Assembly (NCBI GenBank): GCA_040954595.2
Contig: CM082578.2
Span: 401,740 to 465,739 of the forward strand
DNA length: 64,000 bases
From: Balanoglossus misakiensis
Lineage: Eukaryota > Animalia > Hemichordata
Direction of reading: 5' to 3'
Shown here: positions 1 through 12,211 of the stretch, piece after piece
How the letters are laid out: each line of letters begins with the position of its first letter
Position numbering within the stretch: position 1 is the stretch's first letter
Position numbers and translations under genes: made by a program
Notes under the pieces: model-generated
Seen by the model: only the letters and a program-made list of their open reading frames with translations
Told to the model about the DNA's origin: nothing
Database searches by the model: none

Positions 1-753
1 AAGAAAATTCACCGACAGTTCAAGATTCTGTAAATTCTGTCTACGTTTTTTCGCCACTGTTTTGCTGTAGTCAATCACAAAACCTCTAATCTTAAATTTT
101 ATGAAGTCCCAACGAACCCCATCATTTAACCTAGTGGATTCACTAATCCACTCGTCAATATTATCGTGCAGAATGGTTTTGAAAGTACTGTCGTAAATTA
201 AACTAGAATTAAACTTCCAGTAGCCAGGACCCCGCTCGTTTTGGCAAGATTTATACACCAAAGAGACAGCTGAATGGTCGGAATCCACTCCAGGAATAAT
301 CTGAACGCTACTGATTTGTTGCTGTAAATCGCTAGAAATGAAAAAATAATCAAGTCTACTCTGAGTGATATAAGGCCTGCGCCTTCTCCAGGTAAAACCT
401 CTCTTTTCTTCATGACGCACCCTCCATATATCAATCAAATTGAAGACGTCAGATATCCTATCTAAAAGAGCAATGGACTTTCCCCATGGTTTAGGATTGC
501 CTCCTGAGCGATCAAGGGCAATATTATAGGTGAAATTTAAATCCCCTCCTAAAATGACAATTGTGTTGGGATCGGTTACATATTTGACCAGCAAAAAATA
601 CATTTCTTCTAGAAAAATTACATGCTCTTTCTCTATATTGGGTGCATATACATTAAGTAGTATACAAGGCGTATTGTCTAAATTTACATCAATAAGAATA
701 AATCTACCCATATCGTCAGTTACAGAATTGTTAACTATAATATTTGGGTTATT
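1..753 (-). mobile_element. Tx1/L1-type LINE, left-arm copy, ORF2 segment (APE endonuclease C-terminal part and linker); continues beyond window start
   Basis: Reverse complement of 25872-26625; the frame is open through DYFFISS (6-T run) where the plus copy has a 7-T frameshift. Confidence 0.95.
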
Positions 754-3700
754 AGGGCCCAAGCCCAGCAGGCTTGGGCCCTATTGGTATTACTGGGTTT
801 TTAGGGCCCAAGCCCAGCAGGCTTGGGCCCTATTGGTATTACTGGGTTTTTTCTTCTACTTCTTCTTCTTCTTCTTGTGTCGTTTTTTTGTCCAGCTAGA
901 TCTTGAAAACGGCTGAACCTACAAATTTCAAAGTTGGCACAATGGTGCAGGCCTATGAGAGCTGGTGCAGTACCCTTGTGAATGTGTAATTAGTCATGTG
1001 ACCTGATGACCATATATGGGCAAAATTTTCAATTTGGCCTAATTTGCATATGAATGGAGATATCAAAATTCTGTTCAGATGCTTTGTGGATCATATGGCC
1101 AGGGTTCTACATGCCAAATGTCAAGGCCATTGGCCATGCCAATTTTGAGAAGAAGATTTTTAAGTATTATTTTTCATATTTTTCGACCAAGCCATGGGCC
1201 TATACTTTACATAGTAAAGCTATGACCACATATTATTTTGGATAAATATGCATACATATCTCAAAATCTGTTAGGCCCATCATCTCCAACTTTGGTGTGC
1301 AGCTAGCCTAGCATTTGTCAATAATTTTAAGCGAAAAAAAATAGTATGAAAAATCGACCGATTTTTTTATATTAATTTTTTTATTAAATTTATACCTTTA
1401 CTTATTCCTCTATGGTTAAGCTATGTCCATGTCTTATTGTGGAATTCTGGTCAGTGCAATAGTCCTGTACAGTGAGTGTCTATTGGTCAGTGAGCACAAT
1501 GGCACCAAAATAAAAGGCAAAATTTTAGGCTCACCTGTAACACCTGCTTAACTCATTAATTATGTGCATACCTAATTATGGGCTAACTAAGAGGGCTAGA
1601 GGTTTCGTTCTTGTGGGACATGGACCAGTATAGGGTCAAAATTTCTTGCCTAAATTTGGGGTGACCTCAGGTGACCTTTGACCTACTTTCCTATATCTCG
1701 GCATCCAGAGCAGGTACAGACTTGGCGTTTGGAAGGTTGGGACTAAAGTTGAAAAGCCAAAATAGGGGTCACCTGTGACACCTGCATATCTCATTAATTA
1801 TGTGCATACCTAATTCCAGGCTAACCAATAGGGCTATAGGTTTGGTTTTTGTTGAACGTGGACCAGTATAGGCTCAAAATTTATTGTCCAAATTTTGCAT
1901 GACCTCAGGTGACCTTTGACCTACTTTACCAGATCTTGGCATCGAGAGCAGGTACAGACTTGGCGTTTGGAGGGTTGGGACTAAAATTGAAAAGCCAAAT
2001 TGGGGGGTCACCTGTGACACCTGCCTACCTCATTAATTATGTGCATACCTAATTCCAGGCTAACCAATAGGGCTATAGGTTTGGTTTTTGATGAACATGG
2101 ACAAGTATAGGGTCAAAATTTCTCGCCCAAATTTTGCATGACCTCAGGTGACCTTTGACATACTTTTCCATATCTTGGCATCCAGAGCAGATATGCTTAT
2201 TGCTATGTTGCTATGTGCTTTGTTGGCTTGGGCCCGCCATTGCTGCTTGCAGCTATATTCTTTTTTTTTTTCTTGTGTAGTTTTTTTGCTCAGGTAGATC
2301 TTGAAAACGGCTGAACCTACAAATCTCAAACTTGGCACAGTGGTGCAGGCCTATGGGAGCTGGTGCAGTACCCTCGTGAATGTGTAATTAGTCACATGAC
2401 CTGATGACCATATATGGGCAAAGTTTTCAAATGGGCCTAATTTGCATATGAATGACGATATCAAAATTCTGTGAAATCATTTTGCGGACCATATGGTCAG
2501 TGTCCTACATGCCAAATTTCAAGGCTCTGGGCCAAGTCAATTTTTAGAAGAAGATTTTTAAATATTATATTTCATATTTTTTGGACCCAACCATAGGCCT
2601 ATACTTTCTATAGTTAAGCTATAATGCTATGTCCACATCTGTGCAATGGTCCTGTACTGTGACTCTCTATTGGCCCTGTGCAAAATGGGACCAAAATAAA
2701 AGGCAAAATTTTGGGCTCACCTGTAACACCTGCTTAACTCATTAATTATGTGCATACCTAATTCTGGGCTAACTAATAGGGCTAGAGGTTTTGTGCTTGT
2801 GGGACATGGACCAGTATAGGGTAAAAAAAAATTGCCCAAATTTTGGGTGACCTCAGGTGACCTTTGACCTACTTTCCTATATCTCGGCATCCAGAGCAGG
2901 TACAGACTTGGCGTTTGGAGGGTTGGGACTAAAATTTAAAAGCCAAAATTGGGGGTCACCTGTGACACCTGCTTATCTCATTAATTATGTGCATACCTAA
3001 TTCCAGGCTAACAAATAGGGCTAGAGGTTTGATTTTTGCTGAACATGAACCAGTATGGGGTCAAAATTTCTTGCCCAAATTTTGGGTGACCTCAGGTGAC
3101 CTTTGACCTACTTTACCATATCTTGGCATCGAGAGCAGGTACAGACTTGGCGCTTGCAGGGTTGGGACTAAAATTTAAAAGCCAAAATTGGGGGTCACCT
3201 GTGACACCTGCTTATCTCATTAATTATGTGCATACCTAATTCCAGGCTAACCAATAGGGCTAGAGGTTTAATTTTTGCTGAACATGGACCAGTATGGGGT
3301 CAAAATTTTTTGCCCAAATTTTGGGTGACCTCAGGTGACCTTTGACCTACTTTACCATATCTCGGCATGCACAGCAGCTACAGCCTTGGCATTTGGAGGG
3401 ATGGAACTCCTGATGGAGCCTTACACTTTACCTCATTAATTATGCACATACATAATTGTAGGCGAACCAATAGGGCAAGAGATTTTGTTCTTGTGGGACA
3501 CGGACCAGTATGGGGTCAAAATTTCTTGCCCAAATTTTGGGTGACCACTTATGACCTTTGACCTTCGGCTTAAGCTTGGGCCCGTCATCGCTGCTTGCAG
3601 CTATATTTTTTACTGGAGTTTTTAGGGCCCAAGCCCAGCAGGCTTGGGCCCTATTGGTATTACTGGGGTTTTTTAGGGCCCAAGCCCAGCAGGCTTGGGC

Positions 3701-6700
3701 CCTATTGGTATTACTGGGATTTTTCTTCTACTTCTTCTTCTTTAGGGCCCAAGCCCAGCAGGCTTGGGCCCTATTGGTATTACTGGGTTTTTTCTTCTAC
3801 TTCTTCTTCTTCTTCTTGTGTCGTTTTTTTGTCCAGCTAGATCTTGAAAACGGCTGAACCTACAAATTTCAAAGTTGGCACAATGGTGCAGGCCTATGAG
3901 AGCTGGTGCAGTACCCTTGTGAATGTGTAATTAGTCATGTGACCTGATGACCATATATGGGCAAAATTTTCAATTTGGCCTAATTTGCATATGAATGGAG
4001 ATATCAAAATTCTGTTCAGATGCTTTGTGGATCATATGGCCAGGGTTCTACATGCCAAATGTCAAGGCCATTGGCCATGCCAATTTTGAGAAGAAGATTT
4101 TTAAGTATTATTTTTCATATTTTTCGACCAAGCCATGGGCCTATACTTTACATAGTAAAGCTATGACCACATATTATTTTGGATAAATATGCATACATAT
4201 CTCAAAATCTGTTAGGCCCATCATCTCCAACTTTGGTGTGCAGCTAGCCTAGCATTTGTCAATAATTTTAAGCGAAAAAAAATAGTATGAAAAATCGACC
4301 GATTTTTTTATATTAATTTTTTTATTAAATTTATACCTTTACTTATTCCTCTATGGTTAAGCTATGTCCATGTCTTATTGTGGAATTCTGGTCAGTGCAA
4401 TAGTCCTGTACAGTGAGTGTCTATTGGTCAGTGAGCACAATGGCACCAAAATAAAAGGCAAAATTTTAGGCTCACCTGTAACACCTGCTTAACTCATTAA
4501 TTATGTGCATACCTAATTATGGGCTAACTAAGAGGGCTAGAGGTTTCGTTCTTGTGGGACATGGACCAGTATAGGGTCAAAATTTCTTGCCTAAATTTGG
4601 GGTGACCTCAGGTGACCTTTGACCTACTTTCCTATATCTCGGCATCCAGAGCAGGTACAGACTTGGCGTTTGGAAGGTTGGGACTAAAGTTGAAAAGCCA
4701 AAATAGGGGTCACCTGTGACACCTGCATATCTCATTAATTATGTGCATACCTAATTCCAGGCTAACCAATAGGGCTATAGGTTTGGTTTTTGTTGAACGT
4801 GGACCAGTATAGGCTCAAAATTTATTGTCCAAATTTTGCATGACCTCAGGTGACCTTTGACCTACTTTACCAGATCTTGGCATCGAGAGCAGGTACAGAC
4901 TTGGCGTTTGGAGGGTTGGGACTAAAATTGAAAAGCCAAATTGGGGGGTCACCTGTGACACCTGCCTACCTCATTAATTATGTGCATACCTAATTCCAGG
5001 CTAACCAATAGGGCTATAGGTTTGGTTTTTGATGAACATGGACAAGTATAGGGTCAAAATTTCTCGCCCAAATTTTGCATGACCTCAGGTGACCTTTGAC
5101 ATACTTTTCCATATCTTGGCATCCAGAGCAGATATGCTTATTGCTATGTTGCTATGTGCTTTGTTGGCTTGGGCCCGCCATTGCTGCTTGCAGCTATATT
5201 CTTCTTCTTCTTCTTCTTCTTCTTCTTCTTGTGTCGTTTTTTTGTCCAGCTAGATCTTGAAAACGGCTGAACCTACAAATCTCACATTTGGCACAATGGT
5301 GCAGGGCTATGAGAGCTGGTGCAGTACCCTTGTGAATGTGTAATTAGTCATGTGACCTGATGACCATATATGGGCAAAATTTTCAATTTGGCCTAATTTG
5401 CATATGAATGGAGATATCAAAATTCTGTTAAGATACTTTGTGGGCCATATGGCCAGGGTTCTACATGCCAAATGTCAAGGCCATAGGCCATGTCAATTTT
5501 GAGAAGAAGATTTTTAAGTATTATTTTTCATATTTTTTCGCCCAAGCCATCGGCCTATACTTCACATAGTAAAGCTATGACCACATCGTATTTTGGATAA
5601 ATATGCATACATATCTCAAAATCTGTTAGGCCGACCATCTCCAACTTTGGTGTGCAGCTAGCCTAGCATTTGTCAATAATTTTAAGCGAAAAAAAATAAT
5701 ATGAAAAATCGACCGATTTTTTTATATTAATTTTTTTATTAAATTTATACCTTTAATTATACCTCTATGGTTAAGCTATGTCTATGTCTTATTGTGGAAT
5801 TCAGGTCTGTGCAATAGTCCTGTACAGTGACTGTCTATTGGTCAGTGAGCACAATAGCACCAAAATAAAAGGCACAAGTTTAGGCTCACCTGTAACACCT
5901 GCTTAACTCATTAATTATGTGCATACCTAATTCTGGGCTAACTAAGAGGGCTAGAGGTTTCGTTCTTGTGAGACATGGACCAGTATAGGGTCAAAATTTC
6001 TTGCCCAAATTTTGGGTGACCTCAGGTGACCTTTGACCTACTTTCCTATATCTCGGCATCCACAGCAGGTACAGACTTGGCGTTTGGAGGGTTGGGACTA
6101 AAGTTGAAAAGCCAAAATGGGGGTCACCTGTGACACCTGCATATCTCATTAATTATGTGCATACCTAATTACAGGCTAACCAGTAGGGTTAGAGGTTTCG
6201 TGCTTGTGGGACATGGACCAGTATGGGGTTAAAAAAAATTGCCCAAATTTTGGATGACCTCAGGTGACCTTTGACCTACTTTCCTATATCTCCGCATCCA
6301 GAGCAGGTACAGACTTGGCGTTTCGAGGGTTGGGACTAAAATTGAAAAGCCAAAATTGGGGTCACCTGTGACACCTGCTTATCTCATTAATTATGTGCAT
6401 ACCTAATTCCAGGCTAACCAATAGGGCTAGAGGTTTGATTTATGCTGAACATGGACCAGTATGGGGTCAAAATTTTTTGCCCAAATTTTGGGTGACCTCA
6501 GGTGACCTTTGACCTACTTTACCATATCTCGGCATCCACAGCAGATACAGCCTTGGCATTTGGAGGGATGGAACTCCTGATGGAGCCTTACACTTTATCT
6601 CATTAATTATGCGCATACCTAATTGTAGGCGAACCAATAGGGCTAGAGATTTTGTTCTTGTGGGACACGGACCAGTATGGGGTCAAAATTTCTTGCCAAA

Positions 6701-9700
6701 ATTTCGGGTGACCGCTTATGACCTTTGACCTTCGGCTTAAGCTTGGGCCCGTCATCGCTGCTTGCAGCTATATTCTTCTACTTCTTCTTCTTCTTCTTCT
6801 TGTGTCGTTTTTTTGTCCAGCTAGATCTGGAGAACGGCTGAACCTACCAATTTCAAACTTAGTACAATGGTGCAGGCCAATGAGAGCTGGTGCAGTACCC
6901 TCGTGAATGTTTAATTAGTCACGTGACCTGATGACCATATATGGGCAAAATTTTCAAATCGCCCTAATTTGCATATGAATTGAGATATCAAAATTCTGTT
7001 CAGATACTTTGTGGACCATATGGCCAGGGTTCTACATGCCAAATGTCAAGGCCATAGGCCATGTCAATTTTGAGGAGAAGATTTTTAAGTATTATTTTCC
7101 ATATTTTTCGCCCAAGCCATCGGCCTATACTTTACATAGTAAAGCTATGACCACATATTATTTTGGATAAATATGCATACATATCTCAAAATCTGTTAGG
7201 CCGATCATCTCCAACTTTGGTGTGCAGCTAGTCTAGCATTTGTCAATAATTTTAAGCGAAAAAAAATAATATGAAAAATCGACCGATTTTTTTATATTAA
7301 TTTTTTTATTAAATTTATACATTTACTTATACCTCTATGGTTTAGCTATGTCCATGTCTTATTGTGGAATTCTGGTCTGTGCAATAGTCCTGTAAAGTGA
7401 CTGTCTATTGGTCAGTGAGCACAATAGCACCAAAATAAAAGGCACGATTTTAGGCTCACCTGTAACACCTGCTTAACTCATTAATTATGTGCATACCTAA
7501 TTCTGGGCTAACTAAGAGGGCTAGAGGTTTCGTTCTTGTGGGACATGGGCCAGTATAGGGTCAACATTTCTTGCCCAAATTTTGGGTGACCCCAGGTGAC
7601 CTTTGACCTACTTTCCTATATCTCGGCATCCAGAGCAGGTACATACTTGGCGTTTGGAGGGTTGGGACTAAAGTTGAAAAGCCAAAAAGGGGGTCACCTG
7701 TGACACCTGCATATCTCATTAATTATGTGCATACCTAATTCAAGGCTAACCAATAGGGCAATAGGTTTGGTTTTTGTTGAACATGGACCTGTTTAGGGTC
7801 AAAATGTCTTGCCCAAATTTTGTATGACCTCAGGTGACCTTTGACCTACTTAACCAGATCTTGGCATCCAGAGCAGGTACAGACTTGGCGTTTGGAGCGT
7901 TGGGACTAAAATTGAAGAGGCAAAATTGGGGGTCACCTGTGACACCTGCCTACATCATTAATTATGTGCATACCTAATTCCAGGCTAACCAATAGGGCTA
8001 TAGGTTTGGTTTTTGTTGAACGTGGACCAGTATAGGGTCAAAATTTATTGCCCAAATTTTGCATGACCTCAGGTGACCTTTGACCTACTTTACCATATCT
8101 TGGCATCCAGAGCAGATACAGAATTGGCGTTTAGATGGTTGGGACTAAAATTAAAAAGCCAAATTGGGGGGTCACCTGTGACACCTGCCTACCTCATTAA
8201 TTATGTGCATACCTAATTCCAGGCTAACCAATAGGGCTATAGGTTTGGTTTTTGATGAACATGGACCAGTATAGGGTCAAAATTTCTCGCCCAAATTTTG
8301 CATGACCTCAGGTGACCTTTGACCTACTTTTCCATATCTTGGCATCCAGAGCAGATATGCTTATTGCTATGTTGCTATGTGCTATGTTGGCTTGGGCCCG
8401 CCATTGCTGCTTGCAGCTATATTTTCTTCTACTTCTTCTTCTTCTTCTTGTGTCGTTTTTTTGTCCAGCTAGATCTTGAAAACGGCTGAACCTACAAATT
8501 TCAAAGTTGGCACAATGGTGCAGGCCTATGAGAGCTGGTGCAGTACCCTTGTGAATGTGTAATTTGTCATGTGACCTGATGACCATATATGGGCAAAATA
8601 TTCAGTTTGGCCTAATTTGCATATGAATGGAGATATCAAAATTCTGTTCAGATGCTTTGTGGATCAAATGGCCAGGGTTCTACATGCCAAATGTCAAGGC
8701 CATAAGCCATGTCAATTTTGAGAAGAAGATTTTTAAGTATTATTTTCCATATTTTTCGCCCAAGCCATGGGCCTATACTTTACATAGTTAAGCCATGACC
8801 ACAGATTATTTTGGATAAATATGCATACATATCTCAAAATTTGTTAGGCCAATCATCTCCAACTTTGGTGTGCAGCTAGCCTAGCTTTTGTCAATAATTT
8901 TAAGCGAAAAAAAATAATATGAAAAATCGACCGATTTTTTTATATTAATTTTTTATTAAATTTATACCTTAACTTATACCTCCATAGTAAAGCTATGTCC
9001 AAGCCTTATTGTGGAATTCTGGTCTGTGCAATGGTCCTGTAAAGTGACTGTCTATTGGCCAGTGAGCAGAATGGGACCAAAATAAAAGGCAAAATTTTGG
9101 GCTCACCTGTGACACCTGCATATCTCATTAATTATGTGCATACCTAATTCCAGGCTAACCAATAGGGCTATAGGTTTGGTTTTTGTTGAACATGGACCAG
9201 TATAGGGTCAAAATTTCTTGCCCCAATTTTGCATGACCTCAGGTGACCTTTGACCTACTTTACCAGATCTTGGCATCCAGAGCAGGTACAGACTTGGCGT
9301 TTGGAGGGTTGGGACTAAAATTGAAAAGCCAAAATTGGGGGTCACCTGTGACACCTGCCTACCTCATTAATTATGTGCATACCTAATTCCAGGCTAACCA
9401 ATAGGGCTATAGGTTTGGTTTCTGTTGAACAGGGACCAGTATAGGGTCAAAATTTCTTGCCCAAATTTTGCATGACCTCAGGTGACCTTTGACCTACTTT
9501 ACCAGATCTTGGCATCCAGAGCAGGTACAGACTTGGCGTTTGGAGGGTTGGGACTAAAATTGAAAAGCCAAAATTGGGGGTCACCTGTGACACCTGCATA
9601 TCTCATTAATTATGTGCATACCTAATTCCAGGCTAACCAATAGGGCTATAGGTTTGGTTTTTGTTGAACATGGACCAGTATACGGTAAAAATTTCTTGCC

Positions 9701-11242
9701 CAAATATAACATGACCTCAGTTGACCTTCGACCTACTTTACCATATCTTGGCATCCAGAGCAGGTACAGACTTGGCGTTTGGAGGGTTGGGACTAATATT
9801 GAAAAGCCAAAATTGGGGGTCACCTGTTACACCTGCATATCTCATTAATTATGTGCATACCTAATTCCAGGCTAACCAATAGGGCTATAGGTTTGGTTTT
9901 TGTTGAACATGGACCAGTATACGGTAAACATTTCTTGCCCAAATATAACATGACCTCAGTTGACCTTCGACCTACTTTACCATATCTTGGCATCAAGAGC
10001 AGATATGCTTACTGCTATGTTGCTATGTGCATGTTGGCTTGGGCCCGCTATTGCTGCTTGCAGCTATATTCTTCTACTTCTTCTTCTTCTTCTTCTTGTG
10101 TCGTTTTTTTGTCCAGCTAGATCTGGAGAACGGCTGAACCTACCAATTTCAAACTTAGCACAATGGTGCAGGCCAGTGAGAGCTGGTGCAGTACCCTTGT
10201 GAATGTTTAATAAGTCATGTGACCTGATGACCATATATGGGCAAAATTTTCAAATTGGCCTAATTTGCATATGAATTGAGATATCAAAATTCTGTTCAGA
10301 TGCTTTGTGGACCACATGGCCAGGGTTCTACTTGCCAAATGTCAAGGCCATTGGCCATGTCAATTTTGAGAAGAAGATTTTTAAGTATTATTTTCCATAT
10401 TTTTCGCCCAAGCCATGTGCCTATACTTTACATAGTTAAGCTATGACCACATATTATTTTGTATAAATATGCATACATATCTCAAAATCTGTTAAGCCGA
10501 TCATCTCAAACTTTGGTGTGCAGCTAGCCTAGCATTTGTCAATCATTTTAGGCGAAAAAAAATAATATGAAAAATCGACCGATTTTTTTATATAAATTTT
10601 TTAAATTAAATTTATACTTTTACTTATACCTCTATAGTTAAGCTATGTACACGTCTTAATGTGGAATTCTGGTCTGTGCAACGGTCCTGTACAGTGAATG
10701 TCTATTGGTCAGTGAGCACAATGGGGCCAAAATAAAAGGCAAATTTTTGGGGTCACCTGTAACACCTGCTTAACTAATGAGTTATGTGCATACCTAATTC
10801 CAGGCTAACAAATAGGGCTATAGGTTTGGTTTTTGTTGAACATGGACCAGTATAGGGTCAAAATTTCTTGCCCAAATTTTGCATGACCTCAGGTGACCTT
10901 TGACCTACTCAACCAGATCTTGGCATCCAGAGCAGGTACAGACTTGGCGTTTGGAGGGTTGGGACTAAAATTTAAAAGCCAAAATTGGGAGTCACCTGTG
11001 ACACCTGCCTACCTCATTACTTATGTGCATACCTAATTCCAGACTAACCAATAGGACTATAGGTTTGGTTTTTGTTGAACATGGACCAGTATAGGGTCAA
11101 AATTTCTTGCCAAAATTTTGCATGACCTCAGGTGACCTTTGTCCTACTTTTCCGTATCTTGGCATCCAGAGCAGATATGCTTATTGCTATGTTGCTATGT
11201 GCTATGTTGGCTTGGGCCCGCTATTGCTGCTTGCAGCTATAT
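754..11242 (+). mobile_element. Stack of ~7 nested non-autonomous Helentron-type (HINE/DINE-1-like) elements, ~1.2-1.65 kb each
   Basis: 5' hairpin AGGGCCCAAGC-ccagcag-GCTTGGGCCCT; (CTT)n microsatellite after it; 3' subterminal IR GCTTGGGCCC; 3' stem-loop GCTGC-tt-GCAGC; TT on both flanks. 5' heads at 754, 803, 3624, 3675, 3744; 3' ends at 2258, 3606, 5199, 6773, 8422, 10069, 11242. Confidence 0.8.
1530..2190 (+). repeat. ~240-bp internal tandem repeat of the HINE-like element (about 2-4 copies per element; this is the first array)
   Basis: TCACCTGT(G/A)ACACCTGC recurs at ~1531, 1769 and 2008; similar arrays at 2717-3560, 5886-6730, 7455-8350, 9103-10000, 10753-11170. Confidence 0.9.
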
Positions 11243-12211
11243 TTGATAATTGTTATTACACCTCTACTATTGTTTGTTCCATGCGAAAACCAACAGCGAC
11301 CATTAAATTGAGTTGACCAAAAGTGAACATCGTCTTTTACACTGTGGGTTTCTTGTAAGAAAGTAAATGTGGGGTTCTTACTATTTAACCAACATCCAAG
11401 TTTTTTCCTTTTTTTGAAACTACGGAGCCCTCTTGTATTAAACGTCAAAACTGAAAAATCCATTTCAAATTGTCATGAAATGTGTTGTGTCGACTGCTTC
11501 CAAAAACATATCTGAAAATTGACTGATGTGTCCCGCTTTGAAATAAACCCATCAAGAAACAACAAACAAACAAGACAAACACACCCTAAGGGCCGACAGA
11601 GGCGAGAGAAAAAAACCCAAAGGGCCAAAAAAAAAGAGAAGACTGAGAAGAGACGAAACTCCCTTCCCCGGAGGAAAAAAACAAACAGGGAAAGGGGGCA
11701 AGACGAAAAGGAGAAGAAATACAAAAAGAACAAAAAAGAAGGGCAAGAAAAAAAAACCTACTCTGCTCGAGTGCCACACCTTCTCTGTGTCGGAGGTGTA
11801 TTGAGATCTTTAAAATCAATGGCCGACAACGTTACCGTTATTCTATGAATACTGTGTTTGGTAATTCAAAGTCGTACGCTACTATCCAGTTTACATTTAC
11901 AATTTTCATTTACATTTACAAATGTCATTTTTCTGGAATGTCATTTACCGTGAGTTCCTTTTTGACACCATTAGCGTACTTGATTACGAGTGTTGCCGGC
12001 ACTTTCCAAGCTATGTAGCAGCTTTTCGTCGACGCTTCTCTCTTTATCTTGCTTGCATACTGTAGTAGCCTCTTCCGTTCCGCGTATACTTTCTTGCTTA
12101 CATCGTCAGACACATAAATCTGGTTTCCTTTCAACTTGTTTCCTTTCAGGCATCCAGGGGCCGCAAATAAAATCTTTCTGGCTTCGTTGGCGTTACCGAA
12201 GACCACCATAA
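11243..12211 (-). mobile_element. Tx1/L1-type LINE, left-arm copy, 5' part: ORF1 C-terminus (12209-11925), inter-ORF spacer, ORF2 start (ATG 11463)
   Basis: Reverse complement of 24905-~25873; ORF2 begins MDFSVLTFNTRGL...FLQETH (APE motifs) and rejoins 1-753 once the insertion is removed. Confidence 0.95.

Noticed and set aside
530-10202. Short ORFs across the HINE-like stack
   Set aside because: Products of CTT microsatellite and repeated heads; no Rep/helicase motifs.
11473-11848. Lys/Arg-rich and Phe-rich ORFs
   Set aside because: Low-complexity LINE inter-ORF spacer; frames differ between the two copies.
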